64,000 nucleotides of DNA, from NCBI GenBank assembly GCA_964474445.1, contig CAYYSJ010000001.1, positions 206,530 to 270,529 on the forward strand, given 5' to 3'. Below are positions 1 through 10,131 of this stretch, one piece after another (the stretch's first letter is position 1; every line of letters begins with the position of its first letter). This stretch comes from an uncultured Gammaproteobacteria bacterium. Its GTDB lineage: Bacteria; Patescibacteriota; Microgenomatia; Levybacterales; UBA12049. The notes under the pieces were generated by a model that was given only the letters and a program-made list of their open reading frames with translations, made no database searches and was not told the DNA's origin. The translations under genes and the position numbers were made by a program.

Positions 1-141
1 CCAACAATTGATTTTCCTAAGCTGGTTGGATCTCTTCGTCAAAGACCATAGGATTTATTATCTCCTCTTTGAGGATGGTAGAATCATTTTCAGTAAAAGA
101 AAGTACTGATTTTTTCTTAAAAAGAGAGTAAACTTTATTCT

Positions 142-909
142 ATGAGCAGTGAGTCAGAATTACAGAAACAACAAAGCCAATTTGACATTTATCTGGAAGC
201 AGTTAAAAGAGAATTGGGGCGGGCAATGCATCCAGAAGCAGAACGCATTCCAGATAATATTGATGTGCTTGCTGCCTTTTGGGAAGGAACTGGCTTACAT
301 GCAGTGAGCATGCGATTTCCCGGTGTTTCGAAAGAGATGGGTGGTATCGTAAATGATTGGATTGTCACACTAACTTACGATGCGTCTGGTAATTTAGTTG
401 GATTTAATTCAGTATTTTCAAAAATTCCAGAAAGACAACCAGAAATGCCTGTAACAGTAAAAGGTACCATCGCGTCACTTCGCGGAGGAGAAGGAATTGG
501 TTCATTTACTGCAATGGCGCATAAACAAGCATTACAACATTACACAAATCGTTTAGGAAGAACTATTGTGAATGTGATGCAAGATGAAAACGCACAGAAG
601 TTTGCAGGAACTGAAGTTCGCGACCGATGGGAATCTGTTTTTGCAGATGATGGCACAGCAGGTTTTGTCGGAGGCAAGAGGACTTTCACTCCCAATGGAT
701 CATCTGATACAGAATCGCATTTTTATCAAGTAACTGTTACTCGAGCACAAATGCCCCAACGGAAACCCGCTTCTTATCAATTTATCGAAAGACAACCAAG
801 CCCAAAAGAGATAGCTCTTTTTGCTACGTCAGGCTTTGGATTATCCAGCACAAGAACAACAGTCGATCTTCCAAAGCTTGCAACAACTATCCAGCGCAAA
901 ACTTCTTGA
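142..909 (+). CDS. hypothetical protein (255 aa), soluble, Gly/Ala/Arg/Thr-rich, compositionally atypical for this window
   Basis: Long ORF with no recognisable catalytic motif. Followed by a hairpin terminator. Its amino-acid composition differs from the Lys/Ile/Phe-rich housekeeping genes. Confidence 0.45.
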   Translation: MSSESELQKQQSQFDIYLEAVKRELGRAMHPEAERIPDNIDVLAAFWEGTGLHAVSMRFPGVSKEMGGIVNDWIVTLTYDASGNLVGFNSVFSKIPERQPEMPVTVKGTIASLRGGEGIGSFTAMAHKQALQHYTNRLGRTIVNVMQDENAQKFAGTEVRDRWESVFADDGTAGFVGGKRTFTPNGSSDTESHFYQVTVTRAQMPQRKPASYQFIERQPSPKEIALFATSGFGLSSTRTTVDLPKLATTIQRKTS

Positions 910-1013
910 CACATTAGGTGAACCACTCTATACTCACTTCAACCATGAAGTTTGCACAAAATCAACAAAATGGTTCCCTATAAAGTTGGGAGGTTTTGTT
1001 ATGTAAAATGATA

Positions 1014-1036
1014 CCTCCCCAGTGGGAGGTTTTTTA
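1014..1036 (+). terminator. rho-independent terminator: stem CCTCCC / GGGAGG, loop CAGT, followed by a T6 run
   Basis: Perfect 6-bp GC-rich stem plus a TTTTTT tract immediately after the stop of the upstream ORF. A third GGGAGG copy at 988-993 could form an alternative pairing. Confidence 0.6.
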
Positions 1037-1050
1037 TTTATAATACAGAT

Positions 1051-1347
1051 ATGGCAAAGCTCAATATTGATCATGTAGCACAACTTGCTAATATTCCTTT
1101 GAAGATAGAGGAGAAAGAAAAGCTTGAAGAACAGCTTGAGGCAACCCTTGCACATGTTGAGAGACTAAAAGAAATTGATACATCAAAAGTAGAGACAACA
1201 AGCGAAGTAACAGGCTTGAAAAATGTCTGGCGAGAAGACGTTATAGAACCTTCTCTTTTTCAGGCAGAAGCACTCATGAATGCAAAAAAAGTTCATAACG
1301 GATTTTTTGTCGTCCCTGTGATTATTGAGGAGGCAGTAGAAGAATAA
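1051..1347 (+). CDS. gatC: Asp/Glu-tRNA amidotransferase subunit C
   Basis: 98-aa protein starting MAKLNIDHVAQLANIPL...EEKEKL, a typical GatC. Its stop overlaps the gatA start by 1 nt. Confidence 0.85.
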   Translation: MAKLNIDHVAQLANIPLKIEEKEKLEEQLEATLAHVERLKEIDTSKVETTSEVTGLKNVWREDVIEPSLFQAEALMNAKKVHNGFFVVPVIIEEAVEE

Positions 1348-2753
1348 TGGATTTACATGCACTAACTATCACTGATGCAAAGAATAAGCTTCTCAAAAAA
1401 GAAGTATCATCTGTTGAATTAACAACGGCATACTTGGACAGAATTAAAACGCTTGATGAAAAACTCAATGCCTTTGTAACAGTTACTGAAGAACAAGCAC
1501 TTGAAGACGCAAAACGTGCAGACGAGTTACTTGCTTCCAACCAGGACCTTCCCCTGTTGGGTATTCCCTTCTCTATTAAAGATAATTTCTTAACAAAAGG
1601 CATCAGAACAACAGCATCAAGTAAGGTATTGGACGACTATATCCCTGCATATTCTGCAACGGTTGTTGAAAAACTTCATCATGCAGGAATTGTTACTCTT
1701 GGAAAAACAAACATGGATGCATGGGCTCATGGCTCCTCAACTGAGACATCTGATTACGGTACAACGAAAAATCCATGGGATACCAATCGGTTGCCCGGCG
1801 GCTCATCAGGCGGTGCAGCAGCAAGCGTTGCTGCAGATGAAGCAGTTGCCGCAATTGGTTCTGAGACTGCAGGATCGATTCGACTTCCAGCTGCATGGTG
1901 TGGAACAGTCGGCCTTAAGCCAACCTATGGCAGGGTAAGCAGATACGGTGTTATAGCAATGGCATCAAGTACTGACAGTCCCGGTCCTCTTACCAAAACC
2001 GTTGAAGATGCAGCACTCATTTTGGAAATTCTGGCAGGAAAAGATCCAAAAGATGCAACAACATCCCCAGAACCAACACAGAAATATACACAAGAAATGA
2101 AAAAAGAACGACCAATGACCATTGGAATCCCTGAAGACTATTTTAAAGGTGTTGATCCGGAAATTGTTTCAGCAGTCAATGACGCAATTAAACTTCTGGA
2201 GAAAAAAGGCCACAAGATCAAAAAGATCAATCTGCTTGATCCGAAATATGCCATTGATGTGTACACCATTTTGCAGCGATCTGAAGTTTCTTCTAACTTG
2301 GCACGATTTGACGGTATTCGATACGGCAATGACAGGTCCTACTTTGGTGAAGAAGCAAAACGGCGTATTATGCTTGGTACCTATGCCCTTTCTTCTGGAT
2401 ATTATGATGCATATTATAAAAAGGCACAAAAAGTACGAACAATTATTATTGAGGACTTCAATAAAGCATTTTCAGAAGTTGATGTTATTATCAGTCCCTC
2501 AACTCCGGTTCCCGCATTGCCAGTTGGAGCAACAAAAGACAACCCAATGTTTGGTGAGCTGATGGACGTATTGGTTGAGGCATCCTCTATTGCTGGACTG
2601 CCTGGGATCAATATGCCTGTTGGATTTTCAAAAGAAGGCTTACCTCTTGGTATGCAGATTATGGCAAAGCAGTTTGATGAGATAAGTATCTTACAACTTG
2701 CATACCAGTATGAAAGAGAAACCAACTGGAGAAAGGAAAAGCCACAGCTATGA
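1347..2753 (+). CDS. gatA: Asp/Glu-tRNA amidotransferase subunit A (amidase signature family)
   Basis: Amidase signature GGSSGG(A)AA plus a Ser-cisSer-Lys triad context. 468 aa. Translationally coupled to gatC and gatB (ATGA overlaps). Confidence 0.92.
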   Translation: MDLHALTITDAKNKLLKKEVSSVELTTAYLDRIKTLDEKLNAFVTVTEEQALEDAKRADELLASNQDLPLLGIPFSIKDNFLTKGIRTTASSKVLDDYIPAYSATVVEKLHHAGIVTLGKTNMDAWAHGSSTETSDYGTTKNPWDTNRLPGGSSGGAAASVAADEAVAAIGSETAGSIRLPAAWCGTVGLKPTYGRVSRYGVIAMASSTDSPGPLTKTVEDAALILEILAGKDPKDATTSPEPTQKYTQEMKKERPMTIGIPEDYFKGVDPEIVSAVNDAIKLLEKKGHKIKKINLLDPKYAIDVYTILQRSEVSSNLARFDGIRYGNDRSYFGEEAKRRIMLGTYALSSGYYDAYYKKAQKVRTIIIEDFNKAFSEVDVIISPSTPVPALPVGATKDNPMFGELMDVLVEASSIAGLPGINMPVGFSKEGLPLGMQIMAKQFDEISILQLAYQYERETNWRKEKPQL

Positions 2754-4069
2754 AATATACACCGGTGATAGGACTTGAAGTCCATGTTGAGTTAACAACA
2801 AATTCAAAAATGTTTTGTAGTTGCGCAAATGACTGGTTTGGTGCAACACCAAATTCACATACGTGTCCTGTTTGTCTTGGCCTCCCCGGTGCACTTCCTG
2901 TTCCAAACAGAAAAGCAATTGAAGGATGCATCAAAATCGGTATGGCACTCAATTGTACTATTCCTCTCGTCTCAAAATTTGATAGAAAAAACTATTTCTA
3001 TCCTGACTTAGCAAAAGGATACCAGATTAGCCAGTACGACCAACCATTCACAGAAAACGGTTCTATGATCCTTTCAACAGGGAAAACAATCGGCATCAGA
3101 CGTGCCCACATGGAAGAAGATACCGGCAAATTAATGCATGCGACTGTTGATGGAGAAAAAGTGAGTCTTATTGATTTCAACCGCTCCGGAGTTCCACTTG
3201 TTGAAATTGTGACAGAGCCAGATTTTGAATCAGCTTCAGAAGTAAAAGAGTATCTGCAGAAATTGCAGCAGTTAGTACGATATCTTGGTATTGCACATGC
3301 TGATATGGAAAAAGGCGCAATGCGACTTGAACCAAATATTTCGTTAAGACCAGAAGGCCAGACGGACTTACCAGATTATAAAGTGGAAGTGAAAAATATT
3401 AACTCATTTTCATTTGTTGAAAAAGCAATCGAATATGAATTAAAACGCCAGGCAGAACTTTTAGACAAAGGTGAAAGACCTGCTCAAGAAACACGTGGAT
3501 GGGATGAGGATAGGAAAATGACTATTTCCCAAAGAAGCAAAGAAGAAGCAGCAGATTATCGATATTTTCCTGAGCCAGATATCCCTCACTTTGAATGGAA
3601 AGAAGAATTCCTTACGACACTCAGGAACGAACTTCCAGAACTTCCAGATGCAAAGAAAGAACGATTTGTCAAAGAATATAACCTTTCGCTATATAATGCA
3701 GATCTCTTAACAAAAACAAAAGAACTTGCAGATTACTTTGAAGAAGCAGTAACTGTTGGAAAAGACCATGGGCTTGATGCAACAAAAATTGTAAACACGA
3801 TGATTAATAAAAAATTGGATATTGAAAAAGTCCTACCCGCTGCACTTATTAAAGATTTGAAAGCAGCAGAAGTAACAGACACGCTTTCACTAGATGAACT
3901 TCACCTCGTTCTCAAACCTATTCTTGATGCAAACCCTCAAGTAGTCACAGATTATAAAGCAGGGAAAGTCAACGCACTCATGTTCTTGGTTGGACAGGCA
4001 ATGAGAGCATTGAAAGGGAAAGCAAAAGCAGACACTGTGAAAGCAGAGCTTGAAAAATTACTGCAATAG
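2750..4069 (+). CDS. gatB: Asp/Glu-tRNA amidotransferase subunit B
   Basis: N-terminus MKYTPVIGLEVHVEL...FCSC is a GatB hallmark. C-terminal YqeY-like tail. 439 aa. Confidence 0.92.
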   Translation: MKYTPVIGLEVHVELTTNSKMFCSCANDWFGATPNSHTCPVCLGLPGALPVPNRKAIEGCIKIGMALNCTIPLVSKFDRKNYFYPDLAKGYQISQYDQPFTENGSMILSTGKTIGIRRAHMEEDTGKLMHATVDGEKVSLIDFNRSGVPLVEIVTEPDFESASEVKEYLQKLQQLVRYLGIAHADMEKGAMRLEPNISLRPEGQTDLPDYKVEVKNINSFSFVEKAIEYELKRQAELLDKGERPAQETRGWDEDRKMTISQRSKEEAADYRYFPEPDIPHFEWKEEFLTTLRNELPELPDAKKERFVKEYNLSLYNADLLTKTKELADYFEEAVTVGKDHGLDATKIVNTMINKKLDIEKVLPAALIKDLKAAEVTDTLSLDELHLVLKPILDANPQVVTDYKAGKVNALMFLVGQAMRALKGKAKADTVKAELEKLLQ

Positions 4070-4098
4070 TTTTCCCTCACCTATTCGTAAAACAATAC

Positions 4099-4128
4099 TT
4101 GTACAAACACAATCAAACATATTAGAAT
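4099..4128 (+). promoter_or_regulatory. candidate sigma70-type promoter (TTGTAC-N18-TAGAAT) for dnaE
   Basis: Hexamers read directly from the gatB-dnaE intergenic region. Spacing is 18 nt. Not validated. Confidence 0.35.
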
Positions 4129-4142
4129 AGAATAAGATAATG

Positions 4143-4158
4143 ATCGCTTGCGATCGAC
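4143..4158 (+). promoter_or_regulatory. inverted repeat GATCGC-TT-GCGATC containing a CGATCG palindrome, 7 nt upstream of the dnaE ATG; candidate operator
   Basis: The repeat is visible in the sequence. It shares its CGATCG core with a perfect palindrome upstream of lexA. Confidence 0.35.
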
Positions 4159-4164
4159 AATTCT

Positions 4165-7100
4165 ATGACCGATTTTGTTCATCTTCATAACCATTCAGAG
4201 TTTTCTCTTCTTGACGGACTCCAAAAAGTAAAGAAAATGGTTGCTCGTGCAAAAGAACTGGGAATGCCCGCAGTTGCTATTACCGACCACGGAAGTATGT
4301 ATGGGACTATTTACTTCTACAAAGCCTGCATGGAAGCAGAAATCAATCCAATCATAGGATGTGAAATTTATATCACGCCAAAATCACGCTTCTCAAAAGA
4401 TGACAAAAATTATAACCATCTCATTTTGCTTGCAGAAAACAATACTGGGTATAAAAATTTGATGAAGATCGTGAGTAAAGCTCACTTGGAAGGATTTTAT
4501 TACAAACCACGTACAGATCTGGAGCTGTTAGAAGAATACCATGAAGGACTTATTTGTCTTTCTGCATGTGTCAATGGCTTTGTCTCAGAACCTCTTCTTG
4601 CCGGCGAACAGGAAGAAGCAGAAAGACGGGCAAAAGAGCTGTCTCGTATTTTTGGACCAGACCATTTTTACCTGGAATTACAAAGACATCTGAATGTCCC
4701 GCCTCAGGAAGTTCTTAACCCTAAACTAATCACTATGTCTCGCAAATTAGGCATACCTCTTGTTGCTACCAATGATAACCACTATACGATGCGAGATGAT
4801 GCAGAGGCTCAAGAAATTCTCCTCTGCATTCAAACACAAACAACAATAGACCAACCGAATAGAAAGCTTTCTATGATTGATTCCCCTGATTTTTATATGA
4901 AGACACCAGATGAAATGGCAGAATTGTTTGCAGACATTCCTGAAGCAATTTCCAATTCTGTCAAAATTGCGAACATGTGTCATGTCGAAATAACACTTGG
5001 CAAATGGGTGATGCCGAAATATGAAGTCCCAGAAGGACATACCCTTGATAGTTATCTAGAAGAACTGGTATGGGCAGGAGCAAAAAAACGATATGGAGAA
5101 ATTACACCAGAAATTAAAGAACGTATTGAATACGAATTAGCAGTTATCTTTAAAAAAGGCTATTCAACTTACTTTTTGACCGTGCAGGATTTTGTAAACT
5201 GGGCAAAAGATCATGGTATTAGTGTCGGCCCTGGGAGAGGGTCTGCAGCGGGATCTGTTGTTGGCTATTGTCTTCGAATTACAGACGTTGACCCGTTTTT
5301 CTTTAAGCTTCCTTTCGAAAGATTTTTAAATCCGTTGAGACCTTCTGCTCCTGATATTGACTTGGACTTTGCAGATATACGACGGGAAGAGGTCATTAAA
5401 TATGTTACGGAAAAATACGGCGAAGATAAAGTTGCACAAATTATCACGTTTGGCACCATGGAAGCCAAAGGCTCTGTTAGGGATGTTGGAAGAGCCTTGG
5501 GAATGCCATATGCTGGTCCTGACCGAATTTCCAAAATGATCCCTCCTGGCTGGCAAGGCCATGCAATGACGCTTGATTCGGCTCTTGAACAATCACCGGA
5601 TTTAAAAAGAGCATACCAATCTGAGCAGGAGACAAACCGATTGATTGAATTGTCTAAAAAAATAGAGGGTGTTGTCAGACATGCCTCTGTCCATGCAGCT
5701 GGCGTTGTGATTGCAGATAAACCGCTTACTGAATACGTTCCTATTCAAAAAGAACCATCTGGAGGAGAAAAAATAGTGACACAATATGATATGTATACAG
5801 TCGGAGAAGACGGCGTCGGACTACTTAAAATGGACTTTTTAGGTCTTCGCAATTTAACTATTATTGAAGAAGCATTGAAGTTTATTAAACAAAATCAGAA
5901 CATTGAAATAGAAATGTCCACCCTTCCAGTGGATGACAAGCCAACCTATGATTTACTTTCCAGCGGTGAGACAACAGGCATTTTCCAATTGGAATCCGCA
6001 GGGATGCGACGATATATTAAAGATCTTCGCCCAACAAATATCTTTGATTTAATGGCAATGGTTGCGCTATACCGTCCAGGACCAATGCAAAATATTCCTG
6101 TTTTTATTGCCCGCAAACATAACCCTGCACTCATTGACTATCCTGATCCAAGGCTTACTGATATTCTGAAAAACTCATACGGCATTCTCACCTATCAGGA
6201 CGATGTGCTTCTTACTACCATTACCCTTGCCGGATATACGTGGCTTGATGCGGATAAATTCCGAAAAGCGATGGGTAAAAAAATTCCTGCAGAAATGAAA
6301 AAACAGGAAGAGAAATTTACTCAAGGAGCAATGAAGAACGGTTTGACACAAAAACGGGCACAAGAAATTTTTCAACTTATTGCACCATTTGCAGGCTATG
6401 GATTTAACAAATGCGTTACCGCAGATACAACCATTACTGATGCAGAAACAGGTGAGATATATACAATAGGAGAATTATATAAGACAAATAAACAGATGAA
6501 TGTACTTTCTATTACTGATAACTATAAATTAAAGCCATCCCCCATTACTGCAGTTCAAGAAAACGGCATAAAGGAAGTTTTTGAAGTGGTGACAAGAAGA
6601 GGATTGAGAATAAAAACAACAGACAACCATCCTTTTTTCACCCTTTCTGGTTTTAAAGAATTAAAAGAGTTGAAAGTCGGAGAGAGAATTGGTACTGCAC
6701 GATATGCACCGCTTCCCAAAAAACCATTTTTTATTCCAGACTACAAATTAGCTGTACTTGGATATCTGCTAGCAGAAGGAAATTTTTGCCATCCTTCAGG
6801 GATATACTTCTATTCAACTTCACAGGAAGAAATTACTGATTTTGTCACCTTAGCAAGAGAATTTAACAATGCTCATATTACAATAGATAGAAGTAAAACA
6901 ACTCAAGCTGTATATATTGGAAGAAAAAATAAAAAAGAAGACAATAGCGTATTCCAATGGATTAAAGAGCTTAACCTGTTAAATAAGAAAGCTACAAAAA
7001 AAACTATTCCACAATTTGTTTTTCAGCTCAATAAGGATCAATTGTCTCTATTCCTTGCAAAAATGTGGCAAGGAGATGGATCAATCACTCCACAAAAAGG

Positions 7101-8682
7101 AGGGCAAATCTATTATGCAACAAGCTCAGAAGTACTTGCTCACCAAATGCAGCACCTATTATTACGGCTTGGCATTATTAGTACTGTTCATGATAAAAGT
7201 TTCAAGTATCGAGGAAAAGTTCTCCTAGGATTTACTATTCATATCTCTCGCTATACAAATATAAAAACTTTTTCAGAAACAATAGGAAAACATCTTATTG
7301 CAGGTAAAGAAGCTATGCTTCAGGAAATTATCCATAACCATGCTATTCTTTCCCAAAAGCTCGACGTATTAAGCGCCCGAGGGACGAAGGATATTATCCC
7401 TGCAGAAATTCTCCTTACTATAAAAGAAGAAATTTATAAATCATACGCCTCACTCAACGAATATAGTGCCAACACTGGCCTTGCTGTGCGCTTGTTTTCG
7501 TATGATGCAAGAAAAATTGGTTTTCTCAGAGAATCGATGCAATATATAGCAGCTTCATTGCAGTCTCAGGTACTTGAAGATATTAGCAATTCTGATGTTT
7601 ATTGGGATGAGATTGTTGAAATTAATCCAAAAGGAAAAGAAATGACATACGATTTAACAATCACACAAACGCATAACTTTGTTGCAAATGATTTTATTGT
7701 GCATAACTCACACGCAGCGTGTTATGCGACTATTGCTTATCGAACCGGCTATTTGAAAGCACATTTCCCAGTAGAATTTATGACAGCACTTCTCACTGCT
7801 GAATCTCGCGGTACAACAGGTCCTCAAAAAAATGAAAAGATCTCACAAGCAATTGCTGAGTGTAAAAGGCTCAATATTGTTGTTTTGCCTCCTGATATTA
7901 ATACCTCAGAAGCTGAGTTTTCTATTGAAGATTCGGTAAAAATACGTTTTGGTCTTTCTGCTATTAAAAATGTTGGAGAAGCAGCAATTACATCCATTCT
8001 TACTGCTCGAAAAAGAGGAAAGTTTATATCATTTGAAGATTTTTGTATGCGGATTGATTTAGGAGCAGTAAATAAAAAAACACTTGAATCTCTTATTAAA
8101 GCAGGTGCAATGGATTTGTATGGTAATCGGGCGATGCTTCTTGCATCAATGCCTGAAATAACAGATAAAATCAGTAAATATAAAAAACAGCAAGCAGAAG
8201 GACAAGGATCTCTTTTTGGAGATGATACAGCGGAAGAAAAGTTGGATGTGAGTACTGCAGCATACGCTGATATTGAAGATTTTTCCAATACGGAAAAACT
8301 AACATTTGAAAAAGAGTTTCTAGGGTTTTACCTCACAGCACATCCACAAGCAGAAAATCTTAACTTTATTAAATCAATCATTAGTCATGAACTAGAGATG
8401 TTGGGTGAAGGAGTTACGAATGGATTACAAGTAAAAATTGGTGGTATTGTAGAGACTGTGAAACGGATTTTTACAAAAAAGACAAATGCAGAGATGGCAT
8501 TTGTTTCACTCTCCGATGAAAAAGGAACAGTTGTTGAGTGTGTTATTTTCCCGAAAGTCTACGAAATCTATCGAGACATTTTGCTGCAAGATACTGTTCT
8601 TCTTTTTGAAGGAAAAATTGATATCAAAGATGATAGACCGGTTATTATTGTTAACTCTATCTCAAAACCTCAAGCATCATAA
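4165..8682 (+). CDS. dnaE: DNA polymerase III alpha subunit with an in-frame intein (1505 aa including the intein; about 1073-aa extein)
   Basis: N-terminal PHP domain (HLHNHSEFSLLDG). Polymerase core motifs. GYGFNK / SHAACYATIAYRTGYLKAHFP interrupted by the intein. C-terminal OB-fold region. Confidence 0.93.
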   Translation: MTDFVHLHNHSEFSLLDGLQKVKKMVARAKELGMPAVAITDHGSMYGTIYFYKACMEAEINPIIGCEIYITPKSRFSKDDKNYNHLILLAENNTGYKNLMKIVSKAHLEGFYYKPRTDLELLEEYHEGLICLSACVNGFVSEPLLAGEQEEAERRAKELSRIFGPDHFYLELQRHLNVPPQEVLNPKLITMSRKLGIPLVATNDNHYTMRDDAEAQEILLCIQTQTTIDQPNRKLSMIDSPDFYMKTPDEMAELFADIPEAISNSVKIANMCHVEITLGKWVMPKYEVPEGHTLDSYLEELVWAGAKKRYGEITPEIKERIEYELAVIFKKGYSTYFLTVQDFVNWAKDHGISVGPGRGSAAGSVVGYCLRITDVDPFFFKLPFERFLNPLRPSAPDIDLDFADIRREEVIKYVTEKYGEDKVAQIITFGTMEAKGSVRDVGRALGMPYAGPDRISKMIPPGWQGHAMTLDSALEQSPDLKRAYQSEQETNRLIELSKKIEGVVRHASVHAAGVVIADKPLTEYVPIQKEPSGGEKIVTQYDMYTVGEDGVGLLKMDFLGLRNLTIIEEALKFIKQNQNIEIEMSTLPVDDKPTYDLLSSGETTGIFQLESAGMRRYIKDLRPTNIFDLMAMVALYRPGPMQNIPVFIARKHNPALIDYPDPRLTDILKNSYGILTYQDDVLLTTITLAGYTWLDADKFRKAMGKKIPAEMKKQEEKFTQGAMKNGLTQKRAQEIFQLIAPFAGYGFNKCVTADTTITDAETGEIYTIGELYKTNKQMNVLSITDNYKLKPSPITAVQENGIKEVFEVVTRRGLRIKTTDNHPFFTLSGFKELKELKVGERIGTARYAPLPKKPFFIPDYKLAVLGYLLAEGNFCHPSGIYFYSTSQEEITDFVTLAREFNNAHITIDRSKTTQAVYIGRKNKKEDNSVFQWIKELNLLNKKATKKTIPQFVFQLNKDQLSLFLAKMWQGDGSITPQKGGQIYYATSSEVLAHQMQHLLLRLGIISTVHDKSFKYRGKVLLGFTIHISRYTNIKTFSETIGKHLIAGKEAMLQEIIHNHAILSQKLDVLSARGTKDIIPAEILLTIKEEIYKSYASLNEYSANTGLAVRLFSYDARKIGFLRESMQYIAASLQSQVLEDISNSDVYWDEIVEINPKGKEMTYDLTITQTHNFVANDFIVHNSHAACYATIAYRTGYLKAHFPVEFMTALLTAESRGTTGPQKNEKISQAIAECKRLNIVVLPPDINTSEAEFSIEDSVKIRFGLSAIKNVGEAAITSILTARKRGKFISFEDFCMRIDLGAVNKKTLESLIKAGAMDLYGNRAMLLASMPEITDKISKYKKQQAEGQGSLFGDDTAEEKLDVSTAAYADIEDFSNTEKLTFEKEFLGFYLTAHPQAENLNFIKSIISHELEMLGEGVTNGLQVKIGGIVETVKRIFTKKTNAEMAFVSLSDEKGTVVECVIFPKVYEIYRDILLQDTVLLFEGKIDIKDDRPVIIVNSISKPQAS
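6412..7707 (+). mobile_element. DnaE intein (432 aa) with an embedded LAGLIDADG homing endonuclease
   Basis: Starts with Cys after GFNK (CVTADTTITDAETGEIY). Block B TDNHPF is present. It ends in IVHN, followed by Ser as the +1 extein residue. Internal LAGLIDADG-type motifs: LAVLGYLLAEGNF and LFLAKMWQGDGSI. The extein junction restores the conserved FNKSH(S/A)AAY motif. Confidence 0.85.
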
Positions 8683-8740
8683 AATCCTTTGTTTAGAAAA
8701 AGTACTCCCTAACCTGCTCCCCTTTTGTTACAATTTTTAG

Positions 8741-9496
8741 GTGAAGTATAAAGCAATCATTACTGATGTTGATGGAACCCTTATTCCTCAAAGTCTTAAA
8801 GACGGATTACCAACACGGAAAGTGAGATCTGCCATTAAAAAAGCTCAGGAAAAAGTTCATATTGGCGTTGCAACAGGAAGAGTACCAACTTCTATCTCCT
8901 ACCTGTTTAATCACGTTCATCTTCCAGGGCCTTCAGTTGTCTTAAACGGTGCCATGATTATTGATCTGGCAAAGAATGACATATTATATACAGATGAGAT
9001 GATCATGTATGATTTCCATAGAGTTGCGGCTATTCTCACAAGAATGAACGTATCTTTTGTTGTTGATGAAGTTGACCGATATGTTATTCCCTATAGCGCA
9101 TCCTACAAACCAGCTAGGCCGCTTGTCATATTTATCAGCAATTTAACAGTAAAAGAAATTGATACAATACAAAGCGCTATCTCCCACTTAAACAGGATCA
9201 GTTCTGTTCGCGTTCCTGATTGGACAAACAAAGAAAAATGGGGACTCCATATCTCTCATAGTAATGCAAGCAAAGAATTTGCAGTACTAAAAATTGCAGC
9301 AATGCTTGGGATACTTCCCTCAGAAATCATAGGTATTGGTGATGGGTATAATGATATTCCACTTCTGCAAGCTTGTGGATTAAAAATTGCGATGGGAAAT
9401 GCCGTCAGAGATTTAAAAGAGATTGCTGATTATGTTGCTCCTTCTGTTGAGGAAGACGGTGTTGCTGATGTTATTGAAAAATTTATCCTTTCCTAA
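8741..9496 (+). CDS. HAD-superfamily hydrolase, Cof-like (subfamily IIB)
   Basis: N-terminal ITDVDGTL (DxDGT motif I). C-terminal GDGYNDIPLLQACG (motif IV). GTG start. Confidence 0.8.
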   Translation: MKYKAIITDVDGTLIPQSLKDGLPTRKVRSAIKKAQEKVHIGVATGRVPTSISYLFNHVHLPGPSVVLNGAMIIDLAKNDILYTDEMIMYDFHRVAAILTRMNVSFVVDEVDRYVIPYSASYKPARPLVIFISNLTVKEIDTIQSAISHLNRISSVRVPDWTNKEKWGLHISHSNASKEFAVLKIAAMLGILPSEIIGIGDGYNDIPLLQACGLKIAMGNAVRDLKEIADYVAPSVEEDGVADVIEKFILS

Positions 9497-9510
9497 ATCT
9501 ATGCCTACAG

Positions 9511-10032
9511 TCAGGAAGCGCCTTGAGAAATCATTTTACTTCTTATTAATCCAATAAGTGTTAACGAAATCTTTCGTGCATGCAGTGTTCTTTGCTCATT
9601 TCCAATGTAGTAAGAATCCGAAAGTTGTTCCTCTAGTGCTTCTAAGACAGTACCACCCTCTCTTTTCAAATCTAACTCAACTCTTTCCAATTCTTCTTGC
9701 CATGCATCACTTGTCCAAAAACGGTGCAGTTGGGCTGTAGAGGGAGTGGATACTCCTCTTTCTGATCGTGCCTCAGCAAATCGTGTAACATAGGTCTCAA
9801 CATCTTCTCTTGTTATTCTTGGAATAGAACAGCCTTTTTGTTGTGCATCTACTTCTAACGCTTCATAGAGAGCAAAAAGCGTTTGTGTGCAGTGCTGCGC
9901 AAATCCTAGCCGACTTTTTGTGGTGACTTTTGCTTCTATATCTCTTGGTAGTTGAGTAAAAAAGATAGTAAGCTGTTGCTGCTCTCTCATCATCGATGGA
10001 ATCTTGCCAACACGTTCTCCAATCTGATTCAT
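9511..10032 (-). CDS. hypothetical protein (173 aa), Arg/Glu/Gln-rich, compositionally atypical
   Basis: Long ORF convergent with the HAD gene and divergent from the atp operon. No recognisable motif. Confidence 0.45.
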   Translation of the reverse strand: MNQIGERVGKIPSMMREQQQLTIFFTQLPRDIEAKVTTKSRLGFAQHCTQTLFALYEALEVDAQQKGCSIPRITREDVETYVTRFAEARSERGVSTPSTAQLHRFWTSDAWQEELERVELDLKREGGTVLEALEEQLSDSYYIGNEQRTLHARKISLTLIGLIRSKMISQGAS

Positions 10033-10131
10033 ACTATAAGTTAGTATAATTGCTCTTTGTGTGATTTTTGTAAGAATTTTTATACTTTTCTTCTTGAAGC
10101 CACAGCATTGTACTGATACAATACAACTGTT

